Virus record (IMG/VR): IMGVR_UViG_3300029288_000078
Coordinates: 54,733-118,732 of that record
Length of the DNA stretch: 64,000 nucleotides
Strand: one strand, 5' to 3'
Source of the DNA: a virus
Lineage: Duplodnaviria; Heunggongvirae; Uroviricota; Caudoviricetes
Numbering within the stretch: position 1 is the stretch's first letter; the number at the start of each line of letters is the position of its first letter. The notes below the pieces were generated by a model that saw only the letters and a program-made list of their open reading frames with translations, ran no database searches and was not told where the DNA came from. Of this stretch, positions 40,817 through 49,195 are shown piece after piece. The translations under genes were made by a program, and so were the position numbers.

Positions 40817-41140
40817 CTATAGTGATAAAAACACTCCTGTATTTGTTTCAATAATGCTCTTAATACTATCGCAATATATCCCCTCCACTATCCCTTTTTC
40901 TTTTATTGCCGCCGTTGTGATTTGCACAAACCTAACATCATAAGTGTCGGCACCTTCATTGTAAGAAACCACAATATGAGATACCCCCCTACCATTGCGC
41001 CCTATCTTAAAACTTAGTGCAATACGCCCTTTGCTGTCGGTAGTGCTACAGATGTTTTTCGCGCCCATCATTAGAAACGCTCTATGGCCGATTTGGGTAG
41101 CTATCGTTTGTGAAATTTCATTTGCCCTTACTTTTTCCAT
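40817..41140 (-). CDS. Conserved-looking phage early hypothetical protein
   Basis: Start set to MEKVRANE because the upstream ATG lies inside promoter P2; ends GIYCDSIKSIIETNTGVFLSL. Confidence 0.65.
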   Translation of the reverse strand: MEKVRANEISQTIATQIGHRAFLMMGAKNICSTTDSKGRIALSFKIGRNGRGVSHIVVSYNEGADTYDVRFVQITTAAIKEKGIVEGIYCDSIKSIIETNTGVFLSL

Positions 41141-41178
41141 CTCCAAACCCCCTTTAATAAAATGTTCTTCTATCTTAT

Positions 41179-41205
41179 ATATCGGCAAGATTTAGGTTTT
41201 CTTAA
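41179..41205 (-). promoter_or_regulatory. sigma-28-type promoter P2 (TTAAGAAA-N11-GCCGATAT)
   Basis: Consensus -10, 11-nt spacer. Confidence 0.75.
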
Positions 41206-41726
41206 GCAATTTCTTTTAAAGGCCAAATAATGGTATATTCATCGCCATTGTCGATTACTTCTGGATCTCCATTCGGTGCTGTGTTCCAACATCCACTTGC
41301 TGCAATGAATTTCGAACTTGCTGTCATATATTTGATCATTCCCGTTTTAGTTTTTCGATAGTGTTTTAGTTCTCCGCTATTTCTTTTCCAGGTGCAATAA
41401 AATACTAATTCCTTAACAAGTTCGGCTTTGTATATACGTTTGTTGTTTTCAGAAGTAAAACATCCATTAAAAGTCCATAAAGTTTCAATATTTTCATTAT
41501 CTTTAATGCAAAAACATTGTGTTTTATTTGTGTTTGCTAAACGAGTTCTGGCTACCCTTGCTTGTGTGATAGTTTTAAACACCTTGGCTTTTGTAATTTC
41601 TATAGAGCTTGTATATTCACCTGTTTTGTAGTTGAGAGATGTAATTACACAGGTATAAAGTGGCTCCCAACTGCCGTCGTCTCTGCCACTAACAATCACA
41701 AACCCGTTTTTGTTTTCCATATCCAT
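41202..41726 (-). CDS. Hypothetical early protein
   Basis: 174 aa ORF, AAGGGG SD, downstream of P3. Confidence 0.65.
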   Translation of the reverse strand: MDMENKNGFVIVSGRDDGSWEPLYTCVITSLNYKTGEYTSSIEITKAKVFKTITQARVARTRLANTNKTQCFCIKDNENIETLWTFNGCFTSENNKRIYKAELVKELVFYCTWKRNSGELKHYRKTKTGMIKYMTASSKFIAASGCWNTAPNGDPEVIDNGDEYTIIWPLKEIA

Positions 41727-41770
41727 TCCCCCTTTTATGAAGTGTTATTGATCGCCTTCTTCTATTACTT

Positions 41771-41797
41771 ATATCGGCAGAAAACGTCAAAACTTTA
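41771..41797 (-). promoter_or_regulatory. sigma-28-type promoter P3 (TAAAGTTT-N11-GCCGATAT)
   Basis: One mismatch from canonical TAAAGTTT-N11-GCCGATAA. Confidence 0.85.
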
Positions 41798-42343
41798 ATC
41801 GTTATTTTGAAGTATTTTGATTATTTTTATGGCTTGCTCAAGTGTAATATCAAAAGTTTTAATATTTATACGATTACTAGCACTTACATTTACTTGATGA
41901 TGATCATTTTTCGTGGTAAACAAATAAGGGAACTTCATTTCTTCGTATACATTGCCAGTTAATACAGCTAAAGTTTCACTGGTATTCATGGCAGCGGCAA
42001 GCGTACCGTTATCAATTGCCCATTGCCGTTTAATAATCTCTAATGCCTCGCGCTGGCCTTCTATTAGAGTAATTACAGCTTGCAAGTAATCATGTATAGC
42101 GAAACCTTTTTCTTGGAATTTTGTAGTTTTGTTTTTATCCAAATAAACAAAGTAAGTTGCATATTCTGCTTTTAAAAGTATTTTGATTAAATATTGGCGA
42201 TCATTTACCAATAGAAAACTAATACCGAAACATTCATTTTTAGCTATCAAGGTTTCATTGTAAACTGAAAAACCAGCTGTAGGATAGGCTAAATTTAAAT
42301 CACTGGCTAGCCTTTGGAGAAGATGTTTCGGTGTGGTATTCAT
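41795..42343 (-). CDS. Hypothetical early protein
   Basis: Start MNTTPK with GGGGTG SD, coupled to upstream gene. Confidence 0.65.
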   Translation of the reverse strand: MNTTPKHLLQRLASDLNLAYPTAGFSVYNETLIAKNECFGISFLLVNDRQYLIKILLKAEYATYFVYLDKNKTTKFQEKGFAIHDYLQAVITLIEGQREALEIIKRQWAIDNGTLAAAMNTSETLAVLTGNVYEEMKFPYLFTTKNDHHQVNVSASNRINIKTFDITLEQAIKIIKILQNND

Positions 42344-42344
42344 G

Positions 42345-42869
42345 TTATTCACCCCAAACTAGTTTGGTTATTTTTTCAGAACTGGCTATTATTCCTTTTC
42401 TAATCTCAGTAAAACGAGCCTTTAAAAATTCTCTTTCATCTTCTGCTGTAGCCAAATTTGCTTCTATCAAAGTTTCTACATCAAAAAAATCTTCAATAGT
42501 ATACAAAACAATGCAACCTTCTGCTTTTACCTTGCGAGGATCTAGATCATCATGCTCACGCCGACAATAATCTAAACTAGGCACTTGTATTTTGTAGCCG
42601 GCGCTGTCTTCAGTTTCGATCATTAAATTTTCTACATTGGCTTCAGTTACTTGTTTTAATAATTTATATATCCCCTGTGCTGTATTAATTTTTCTATCTC
42701 TTTTTTTAAAAATAACATTGTAAGAAAAGGTTACACAAAATCTAGTTGTTTCGCCTAATTCATTTTCATTAGCTTCGTTAGTTTCGCAACAATCAGCTAA
42801 GCCAACAGAACTGTTGAAATACTTGTCAAACATTACGCTTACTTCTTTTTCTGTTAGTTTTGAAAACAT
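42345..42869 (-). CDS. Hypothetical acidic early protein
   Basis: 174 aa, GGGGGG SD, downstream of P4. Confidence 0.65.
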   Translation of the reverse strand: MFSKLTEKEVSVMFDKYFNSSVGLADCCETNEANENELGETTRFCVTFSYNVIFKKRDRKINTAQGIYKLLKQVTEANVENLMIETEDSAGYKIQVPSLDYCRREHDDLDPRKVKAEGCIVLYTIEDFFDVETLIEANLATAEDEREFLKARFTEIRKGIIASSEKITKLVWGE

Positions 42870-42917
42870 GTTCGTCCCCCCTTGTTAGTTGTTATTCGTT
42901 TTCTTCCCTCATATATA

Positions 42918-42944
42918 TTATCGGTACAAAACAGAAAAACTTTA
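42918..42944 (-). promoter_or_regulatory. sigma-28-type promoter P4 (TAAAGTTT-N11-ACCGATAA)
   Basis: One mismatch from canonical; GATC at 42954. Confidence 0.85.
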
Positions 42945-42963
42945 GCGGTATTTGATCGGTTTT

Positions 42964-42997
42964 AAAAAGAAAAAAGCCAATGCATTTAAGCATTGGC
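42964..42997 (-). terminator. Rho-independent terminator
   Basis: 8-bp stem GCCAATGC/GCATTGGC, 6-nt loop, followed on minus strand by a U-rich tract; downstream of lipoprotein gene. Confidence 0.75.
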
Positions 42998-43022
42998 CTG
43001 AATATCACATAAGGGGAACACT

Positions 43023-43619
43023 CTATTCATCGTTTTCAGAGCCTACGTTTTCAATAAACTTTTCCTGTGCTTTTAATAGCTTTTCTTTCATTTCTGAACT
43101 AACTTTGGCCTTGGCTACTTGATCTTCTAATTGTTTGGTTAGTTCAGCTTTGGTTATAGAAACGCGAGCTGCACATCGAAGTTTTAAAGTTTTATTGCCT
43201 AAAGTATCTGGCTCTTGTACTTTTTCCCAATACCTAGCTACAAGTTTCACCCCAGATAACTTGCCCGATGTAATGAAAGCAGTTATGCCTTCATATCCAC
43301 TATCGCCTTGACTTGCATTTTCACCTAGTTGCCCAGATTCTGTTATTGCAGTTTTTACATATTGCACTATCTGACTTTTGGCTTTCAATTCAGCTGCATT
43401 CATACAAGAGTCAACCCGATTAGTCCCCCCCATAGATATTGTATAAGAGTAAAGAAGATTATTCCCCTCCTCTACTAATGGCACATCCCCTATAGTCCAT
43501 TTAGGTGTTTCATCCCCCCCACCTATTCTTTCAATAACGCTACTAGCAAAGAATTCAGGTTGTGCGTTTTTAGTACTAGAACAGCCAACAATAAGCAAAC
43601 CTATTAATAAACGTTTCAT
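43023..43619 (-). CDS. Lipoprotein, LPP20-like
   Basis: Lipobox LLIVG-C; P.W motif followed by AAELKAKSQIVQYV helix typical of LPP20-like lipoproteins. Confidence 0.6.
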   Translation of the reverse strand: MKRLLIGLLIVGCSSTKNAQPEFFASSVIERIGGGDETPKWTIGDVPLVEEGNNLLYSYTISMGGTNRVDSCMNAAELKAKSQIVQYVKTAITESGQLGENASQGDSGYEGITAFITSGKLSGVKLVARYWEKVQEPDTLGNKTLKLRCAARVSITKAELTKQLEDQVAKAKVSSEMKEKLLKAQEKFIENVGSENDE

Positions 43620-43643
43620 ATTCATTCCCCCTATACAAAAACA

Positions 43644-43832
43644 TTATTCCAATACACTCGTAATAGCTAAATCAGTGATATGCCCATCTTCTAACGCCGG
43701 ATCTGTTTTTGATACTCCAATGCTACCCAATATATTTTCATGTTGTAAGGCGTGCGTATTTACTAGCTCAAAATCCACAGGCACCTTAGCAATAATGGTT
43801 ATTACAATTTTTTTAAACGGTTTAGCTTTCAT
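43644..43832 (-). CDS. Hypothetical small protein
   Basis: GGGGAATGAAT-ATG leader shared with neighbours. Confidence 0.6.
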   Translation of the reverse strand: MKAKPFKKIVITIIAKVPVDFELVNTHALQHENILGSIGVSKTDPALEDGHITDLAITSVLE

Positions 43833-43834
43833 AT

Positions 43835-44053
43835 TCATTCCCCCTTGCCTTGTGCTGCTAAGAATTCAGGTATATCAAGTTGTGTGCCTGATAGGTAATT
43901 AATCGTCAAGCTAATTGCATACCCATCGTTTTCAGAAAACCGATCTTGTAATGCCTTCAAAACCTCTATTGCTTTGCCAGTGCTTGTTAATGATCGGTTA
44001 TGTGTTGCAAAGAAATGCACGCCGTTTAAGCTTATGTTTATCTCATAATACAT
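43835..44053 (-). CDS. Hypothetical small protein
   Basis: GGGGAATGAAT-ATG leader; first gene after P5. Confidence 0.65.
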   Translation of the reverse strand: MYYEINISLNGVHFFATHNRSLTSTGKAIEVLKALQDRFSENDGYAISLTINYLSGTQLDIPEFLAAQGKGE

Positions 44054-44101
44054 ATTCATTCCCCTTTTGTTGTTACACCGATCCTCTTTCCTCTATTACT
44101 T

Positions 44102-44128
44102 ATATCGGCAACATTCCAGAAAACTTTA
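44102..44128 (-). promoter_or_regulatory. sigma-28-type promoter P5 (TAAAGTTT-N11-GCCGATAT)
   Basis: Near canonical; GATC at 44138. Confidence 0.85.
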
Positions 44129-44677
44129 ATCTTTTTTGATCGCTAATTTAAAACCTAGTTTAGTAATTTGAGCTAATAGCCGTGCCGTTTCTTGCCTGCA
44201 ATCTTCTTGATATTCAGGGTATAGATTTAAAGCATAGGAAAAAGGATCGGCTGGCCCTATCTTAAAGGCTTCTTGACTATCCCCCCCACCATATATGCCT
44301 ACAGTTTTATTTTCCAAATCCACAATATAATGCCACTCAACATCCCCATGTTTACCTAATAAAGAAGGCTCGAATGCCCCCCCTATACCCGTATCTTCCC
44401 CATAAGCGTCAACATTAGCGCCTTGCCCATACACACTAGTTGCCTCTCCAATGAGTAAACCTACAACTTGATCAACATGTAAACTTGCTTTTTCACTTCG
44501 AATGCTACCCTTGTTATATGCTTTAATTTGCTTTTGTGCCTTTTTTAAAGTTTCTACAATTATCGGCAAATTCCCTGTAGGATACCCATCGCTATGTTTG
44601 TACAATCTTACAGTTTGATCATGTTTGCTGTGAATTCTTTGCTTGCCAGTGATAACAATAATTGATCGTGTACTCAT
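44126..44677 (-). CDS. Phage hypothetical protein with YxHxDGYP motif
   Basis: MSTRS.I...RLYKHSDGYP and HGDVEWHYIVDL, a recurrent phage early-protein pattern. Confidence 0.7.
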   Translation of the reverse strand: MSTRSIIVITGKQRIHSKHDQTVRLYKHSDGYPTGNLPIIVETLKKAQKQIKAYNKGSIRSEKASLHVDQVVGLLIGEATSVYGQGANVDAYGEDTGIGGAFEPSLLGKHGDVEWHYIVDLENKTVGIYGGGDSQEAFKIGPADPFSYALNLYPEYQEDCRQETARLLAQITKLGFKLAIKKD

Positions 44678-44716
44678 ATCGAACCCCCCCTAGTTAGTTG
44701 TTTAATCCCAGCCTCT

Positions 44717-44947
44717 TTAAGAAAGGTCAATTGCTACTTTATCTTCACTCGAAAGCTCTAATGTTTCATCATCATTTATTTCAATCGTGATAGATTTGAG
44801 TGTTTGCCCCCCCAATGTAACTTTTGTGATAATTCCTGAAATATCATCTATTTCTATCCCATCGACACCACAAGATTGACTATCAGGAATCACTCGGCCA
44901 TAAAAAAACATTCCAGTTTTTAGCTTTTTCGCTTTAATTGTACTCAT
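44717..44947 (-). CDS. Hypothetical small protein
   Basis: Start MSTIKAKK with GGGGAG SD. Confidence 0.6.
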   Translation of the reverse strand: MSTIKAKKLKTGMFFYGRVIPDSQSCGVDGIEIDDISGIITKVTLGGQTLKSITIEINDDETLELSSEDKVAIDLS

Positions 44948-44948
44948 A

Positions 44949-45164
44949 TCACTCCCCCTTATATCCCAATACCTTGCCAAACCTATTCAATAAATACCCG
45001 TCTCGTATAGCTTGATCTTGTGCTCTTTCATTTGCCCCAGTAGCATCCCCATGAGAGCCTACAGTAAAACCATTACAGTTATCGCAAGCTTCAATATATT
45101 CACAAAAGTCATCATGGGTAACTTCTAAATAACCTTTACCCTCGCAACTTTCACATTTACACAT
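44949..45164 (-). CDS. Small CxxC-CxxC zinc-binding-like protein
   Basis: CESCEGKG...CDNCNG, DnaJ-type Cys pairs; after P6. Confidence 0.6.
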   Translation of the reverse strand: MCKCESCEGKGYLEVTHDDFCEYIEACDNCNGFTVGSHGDATGANERAQDQAIRDGYLLNRFGKVLGYKGE

Positions 45165-45213
45165 ATAATCCCCCTTTGTTCCTGCCCTTTTTGATCAACT
45201 TCTTCTATCTTAT

Positions 45214-45240
45214 ATATCGGCACATTTCGCGTTTTCTTTA
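45214..45240 (-). promoter_or_regulatory. sigma-28-type promoter P6 (TAAAGAAA-N11-GCCGATAT)
   Basis: Consensus TAAAG and -10, 11-nt spacer. Confidence 0.8.
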
Positions 45241-45249
45241 GCACTATTT

Positions 45250-45483
45250 TTAAAAAGTTATGTTGGCTATTGACAGCGCTTTTATCGTGCCGTGTTGTGT
45301 AGATACGTTGTCAGGCTGCACTAGGTTGCAATTATACATATCAGCGAGTAATAGGGCACTGGTGGCGCTGTCTGCTATAACTAATGCCTGCTCTTGCCAG
45401 TTTGCTCTTTCATTAGCCGTCAACACTTCACTTTTATTCGTTAGTAACTCAATTTCACCTAAGCTAATTAAAAATATATGCAT
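45250..45483 (-). CDS. Hypothetical small protein
   Basis: Start MHIFLIS, coupled to upstream gene. Confidence 0.55.
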   Translation of the reverse strand: MHIFLISLGEIELLTNKSEVLTANERANWQEQALVIADSATSALLLADMYNCNLVQPDNVSTQHGTIKALSIANITF

Positions 45484-45484
45484 T

Positions 45485-45928
45485 TCATTCCCCTTTGATA
45501 AAAGCAAAGATTATTTCATTGGCCAAATCAAAACCAATACCACTGCAATCAATACAAGGGATTACTCTTTCAACTATATCGGTTAGATCATCCCCCTGTG
45601 CCCCCCCACTACCCATTAATTTATGAAATATTTCACTAGCAATATCATCATCTTCAAAAGCATCCGAGTCATTATTGGGATGGTTGCGAAATAATTCAAT
45701 TAATGGCATAACTAGATCGGTATATTGTTGTAAGTTTTCTAAATTTGCTAATAATTCTGCTTTTTCTTCAAAATCAATGCCAATATCAGAGCAGAAACTA
45801 GGTGCCGTATCCATAATATCGCATTGAGATCGTTCTATCATGCCCTTGGTTTCTTCATGCTCTTGACTCTCTTGAGCTAAAGCATCGGCTAATATCATGC
45901 GGGCAACTTCTTTAGTGATGTAGTTCAT
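45485..45928 (-). CDS. Highly acidic hypothetical protein
   Basis: About 30 D/E versus <10 K/R in 147 aa; after P7. Confidence 0.65.
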   Translation of the reverse strand: MNYITKEVARMILADALAQESQEHEETKGMIERSQCDIMDTAPSFCSDIGIDFEEKAELLANLENLQQYTDLVMPLIELFRNHPNNDSDAFEDDDIASEIFHKLMGSGGAQGDDLTDIVERVIPCIDCSGIGFDLANEIIFAFIKGE

Positions 45929-45974
45929 AATTTTCCCCCTTTGTTATACCGTTATCATTTTCCCTCTATATATA

Positions 45975-46001
45975 ATATCGGTAGAAAACTGGAAAACTTG
46001 A
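45975..46001 (-). promoter_or_regulatory. sigma-28-type promoter P7 (TCAAGTTT-N11-ACCGATAT)
   Basis: 11-nt spacer; GATC at 46011. Confidence 0.8.
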
Positions 46002-46020
46002 GCCTTTTTTGATCAATTTT

Positions 46021-47040
46021 TTAGCTTGCTTGTTTTTGTTTTTTTCGGCTTTGTTTGGTTGGCGCTGGATCTGTATTGGCCTTTAATACCCATTGACAGC
46101 TAAAATCTTCATTAATAGTGCAAACATGGTTAGGATGTTCGCATAATTCAAAGGTTGGCGTCAATATTACTTCTTCAATAATTGATCGCAATGCCCTTGC
46201 CCCAGTGCCTAGAGTCAATGCTTTTTCAGCTACCTTGCCCAATGCGCCTTCAGAGAATATCAAATCACAATTTAAAGCAGAAAACAGCCTAGTATATTGC
46301 GACACAATAGAATTTTCAGGTTTGGTTAATATATCTTTTAGTTCGTCAATACCTAGGGCAGTAATTTCAGCAATTACAGGCAACCTGCCCACTAATTCCG
46401 GTATCATTCCAAACTTTTGAAGATCGTATTGTGTTACCCTACCATCGGTTTTTGTAATGCCTACAAAAGCGCCCGAAACAATAAATAAGATATTCGAAGT
46501 GTCAATTTCAATCGTGCGAGATCCAGGATGTTTTCTGCCACTAGCTTCCCCATTAATGTGAACAGTGTGCCCTTCGATTATTTTCAATAAGCCTTGTTGA
46601 ACACCTTCCCCAGAAACATCCCTAGTAACCGACACACCAGCGCCTTTTTTAGCTTTTTTATCAATTTCATCAATAAAAATTATTCCGTGTTCGGTTGCCT
46701 CAATATCTTCCCCTGAAGCCTGATATAACCGCCCTATAACGGTTTCTACATCATCCCCTACATAACCGGCTTCAGTTAAACTTGTAGCATCGGCAATTGC
46801 AAAGGGAATATTTAAAAACTTTGAAATAATTTTAGCAAAGTGTGTTTTCCCGCAACCTGAAGGCCCCACCATTAAAATGTTGCTTTTTTCCAAATCTAAT
46901 TCAGGATGTTCCATGCGCAATAAGTGTTTAAATACCGCAACTGATAACGCACGCTTTGCCCCAGATTGATTTACAATGTGCTTGTTGAAAAAATTCACAA
47001 TATCTTTTGGGTTTTTGGTATTGACTACATTGGTTTTCAT
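46021..47040 (-). CDS. clpX: ClpX-like AAA+ ATPase lacking zinc-binding domain and IGF loop
   Basis: GPSGCGKT, ADATSLTEAGYVGDDVE, IIFIDEIDK, RDVSGEGVQQGLLK, RKHP, GRLPV and GARALR all ClpX-specific; no N-terminal C4 zinc domain; IGF segment absent. Confidence 0.92.
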   Translation of the reverse strand: MKTNVVNTKNPKDIVNFFNKHIVNQSGAKRALSVAVFKHLLRMEHPELDLEKSNILMVGPSGCGKTHFAKIISKFLNIPFAIADATSLTEAGYVGDDVETVIGRLYQASGEDIEATEHGIIFIDEIDKKAKKGAGVSVTRDVSGEGVQQGLLKIIEGHTVHINGEASGRKHPGSRTIEIDTSNILFIVSGAFVGITKTDGRVTQYDLQKFGMIPELVGRLPVIAEITALGIDELKDILTKPENSIVSQYTRLFSALNCDLIFSEGALGKVAEKALTLGTGARALRSIIEEVILTPTFELCEHPNHVCTINEDFSCQWVLKANTDPAPTKQSRKKQKQAS

Positions 47041-47095
47041 ATGCATTCCCCTTTTGTTAGTTGTTGTTACGCCGATCTTCTTTCCTCTATATATA

Positions 47096-47122
47096 ATATC
47101 GGTAGAAAACTGGAAAACTTTA
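47096..47122 (-). promoter_or_regulatory. sigma-28-type promoter P8 (TAAAGTTT-N11-ACCGATAT) driving clpX-like gene
   Basis: 11-nt spacer; GATC at 47132. Confidence 0.85.
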
Positions 47123-47136
47123 GCCTTTTTTGATCA

Positions 47137-47223
47137 TTAATCTTGTAATATATCCAAACCAAACACATCGGATAAAACTTTAACAGCTACAAAAACTAAA
47201 TAAAAAGAAATTATAATAGTCAT
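47137..47223 (-). CDS. 28-aa hydrophobic peptide
   Basis: MTIIISFYLVFVAVKVLSDVFGLDILQD with AAGGGGG SD; below ORF-track cutoff. Confidence 0.45.
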   Translation of the reverse strand: MTIIISFYLVFVAVKVLSDVFGLDILQD

Positions 47224-47235
47224 AACATTCCCCCC

Positions 47236-47355
47236 TTATTTATTCCAACCGTTTACTGCCAAATCTAACCTTGCTTGTTTCTTCAATTCCCGCTCTTTAC
47301 TTCTCTCTTGTAGTTTCACTGGTGTTGTGTGTTGTTTTAAAAGTTTCATTTTCAT
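47236..47355 (-). CDS. 39-aa basic peptide
   Basis: MKMKLLKQHTTPVKLQERSKERELKKQARLDLAVNGWNK with AAGGGGG SD; first ORF after P9. Confidence 0.5.
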   Translation of the reverse strand: MKMKLLKQHTTPVKLQERSKERELKKQARLDLAVNGWNK

Positions 47356-47400
47356 ACATGCCCCCTTTTTTGTTGAAACCGCTTTCTTCTCTCATATATA

Positions 47401-47427
47401 TTATCGGCACATTTCAACAAAACTTGA
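47401..47427 (-). promoter_or_regulatory. sigma-28-type promoter P9 (TCAAGTTT-N11-GCCGATAA)
   Basis: One mismatch from canonical; GATC at 47437. Confidence 0.85.
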
Positions 47428-47441
47428 GCCTTTTTTGATCG

Positions 47442-47825
47442 CTATTTGTATTTTTTAAATTGTTCAAAGGCTGGTAAACTAATTAGATACTTATACACTA
47501 ACTTGCAAACTGTTTTTTGTCTCGCATTACTATATTCAAATTTCCATATGCGTGCTCTTTCTGCATTATTACCAGCGCCAGGCAAACCTTTAAATAAGTT
47601 TGGATAACCTGCTTTTAAACTATCAGCCTTCACACCTGTTATATACACTTCTAATAACATCAAAATACTGTTTATCCAATATGCCTCAAGAGTAACCGTG
47701 CCATTAAAACTATCTTGCCTTGTTAATATTCCATGACTCTTGTTTACTAATTCTTCATCTTCCAATACATTCCTAGCTATCGCCTTGCCAATTTCTACAA
47801 ATTCAAATTTAATTAGATCTTTCAT
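47442..47825 (-). CDS. Hypothetical early protein
   Basis: 127 aa ORF with GGGGA SD. Confidence 0.65.
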   Translation of the reverse strand: MKDLIKFEFVEIGKAIARNVLEDEELVNKSHGILTRQDSFNGTVTLEAYWINSILMLLEVYITGVKADSLKAGYPNLFKGLPGAGNNAERARIWKFEYSNARQKTVCKLVYKYLISLPAFEQFKKYK

Positions 47826-47826
47826 G

Positions 47827-48216
47827 TTATTCCCCTTTGCCTAAATCATCCCAATTACTTTTCTTTGATGTGTTTATTCCAGCGCAACCACAACACCGAT
47901 GATCTAATTCATTGGGTTCATCTTTGTAGAATCCCACATGATTACACGCTGAACATTCCATTAAAAAATACCCTGCTAATACTTCATCGATTTGCTTGCG
48001 TTCTTCTTCAAACGATACCTTGTTAGCTATCTCAATTACTCGTTTATCTTCTTCACAATTAGGCTCAATAGCACCCGCACTAACCAAACGAACACAAACC
48101 AATTCAATAGCGCCTTCATCCCAAAACGCTTGTATATCATCCTCGCTATCGTTATTACTAAAACCAAAGGCACACTCTAAATACTCTTTTACTTGCCTCA
48201 ATGATATTTTACTCAT
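47827..48216 (-). CDS. Hypothetical protein with C-terminal CxxC...CxxC
   Basis: ECSACNH...RCCGCAG; after P10. Confidence 0.65.
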   Translation of the reverse strand: MSKISLRQVKEYLECAFGFSNNDSEDDIQAFWDEGAIELVCVRLVSAGAIEPNCEEDKRVIEIANKVSFEEERKQIDEVLAGYFLMECSACNHVGFYKDEPNELDHRCCGCAGINTSKKSNWDDLGKGE

Positions 48217-48258
48217 TTCATTCCCCCTTTTTGATCGCCAATAATTCCTCTATTACTT

Positions 48259-48285
48259 ATATCGGCAATATTCCAGAAAACTTTA
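48259..48285 (-). promoter_or_regulatory. sigma-28-type promoter P10 (TAAAGTTT-N11-GCCGATAT)
   Basis: Near canonical; 41-bp unit differs from P5 unit by one base. Confidence 0.85.
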
Positions 48286-48292
48286 GCACTAT

Positions 48293-48463
48293 TTATAAAA
48301 ATATTACCTCAATAGCCTTTACCAAAACATCACTAGGGCAAGTATCAGAATCGCCAAAATTAAATACCTTGCCAATATAATGCGCCCTTATTTGATCATC
48401 ACTTCCATTAATATCGGTTACTAAAGTATTGCCATTGCTAAAAATTACTTTTATCGTTCTCAT
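48293..48463 (-). CDS. Hypothetical small protein
   Basis: Start MRTIKVIFSNG with AAGGGGA SD; TDINGSDDQIRAHYIG. Confidence 0.6.
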   Translation of the reverse strand: MRTIKVIFSNGNTLVTDINGSDDQIRAHYIGKVFNFGDSDTCPSDVLVKAIEVIFL

Positions 48464-48473
48464 AACATTCCCC

Positions 48474-48749
48474 TTATTTGAAATAACCTGCTTTAAACCA
48501 ATTGGGCATATCTTCACGGGTTTTGAAACTAACTAAATAACGAGAGGGACTAAAACTAGGCTTGCTGTCTCTAATCGAAACATATTTCATTTCATCCCGG
48601 CAATCGGCGTTTTCTGCCACTATCAATGCAAGCTCGGCACTATCGCATTCAATTACCAGTTTATTGATTTTCCCTTCAGCCTTGCCCCAATAACTCATAG
48701 CACTATCAGTCATGCATACATAATATTTTCCAGTTTTAGATATTCCCAT
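48474..48749 (-). CDS. Hypothetical small protein
   Basis: Start MGISKTG (upstream ATG lies in promoter); YYVCMTD..MS.WG motif. Confidence 0.65.
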   Translation of the reverse strand: MGISKTGKYYVCMTDSAMSYWGKAEGKINKLVIECDSAELALIVAENADCRDEMKYVSIRDSKPSFSPSRYLVSFKTREDMPNWFKAGYFK

Positions 48750-48798
48750 AACACGTTCCCCTTTGTTAGTTGTTACCCTGCAAGTTCCTCTATATATA

Positions 48799-48825
48799 TT
48801 ATCGGCACATTTCAACAAAACTTTA
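48799..48825 (-). promoter_or_regulatory. sigma-28 promoter P11, perfect consensus TAAAGTTT-N11-GCCGATAA
   Basis: Exact match to canonical FliA consensus; GATC at 48835. Confidence 0.9.
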
Positions 48826-48839
48826 GCACTTTTTGATCA

Positions 48840-49115
48840 TTATTTTTCAGCAATGTTTTCTAAATAATAAGCAAGCCCAATTGCAGTCAATTCCAAAGTA
48901 CTTTCATTAGGATCTTTATTTGGATAACATTTTACATAGCCTTTTTTTGATAATGAGGAAATTGCGCCAGATAACTGCAAACCATCAATATCCCCATAAT
49001 CACATACCGACGCGGACCAAACTTCTTTATTTGCAATAACAGCGCCTGCATAACATTGAACCATAAAAGATATTGCCTGTAGTGCCCTTGTTTCTAGTTC
49101 GGTTAGTTGTTCCAT
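48840..49115 (-). CDS. Winged-helix (MarR-like) small protein
   Basis: LTELETRAL...LSGAISSLSKKGYVKC...TLELTAIG wHTH pattern. Confidence 0.55.
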   Translation of the reverse strand: MEQLTELETRALQAISFMVQCYAGAVIANKEVWSASVCDYGDIDGLQLSGAISSLSKKGYVKCYPNKDPNESTLELTAIGLAYYLENIAEK

Positions 49116-49168
49116 GGTGTGTTCCCCTTTGTTAGTTGTTACCCTCTCGCTCTTTTCTCCTACCTTAT

Positions 49169-49195
49169 ATATCGACACAAAACAGAAAAACTTTA
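49169..49195 (-). promoter_or_regulatory. sigma-28-type promoter P12 (TAAAGTTT-N11-GTCGATAT)
   Basis: 11-nt spacer; GATC at 49205; first promoter of the leftward array. Confidence 0.8.
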
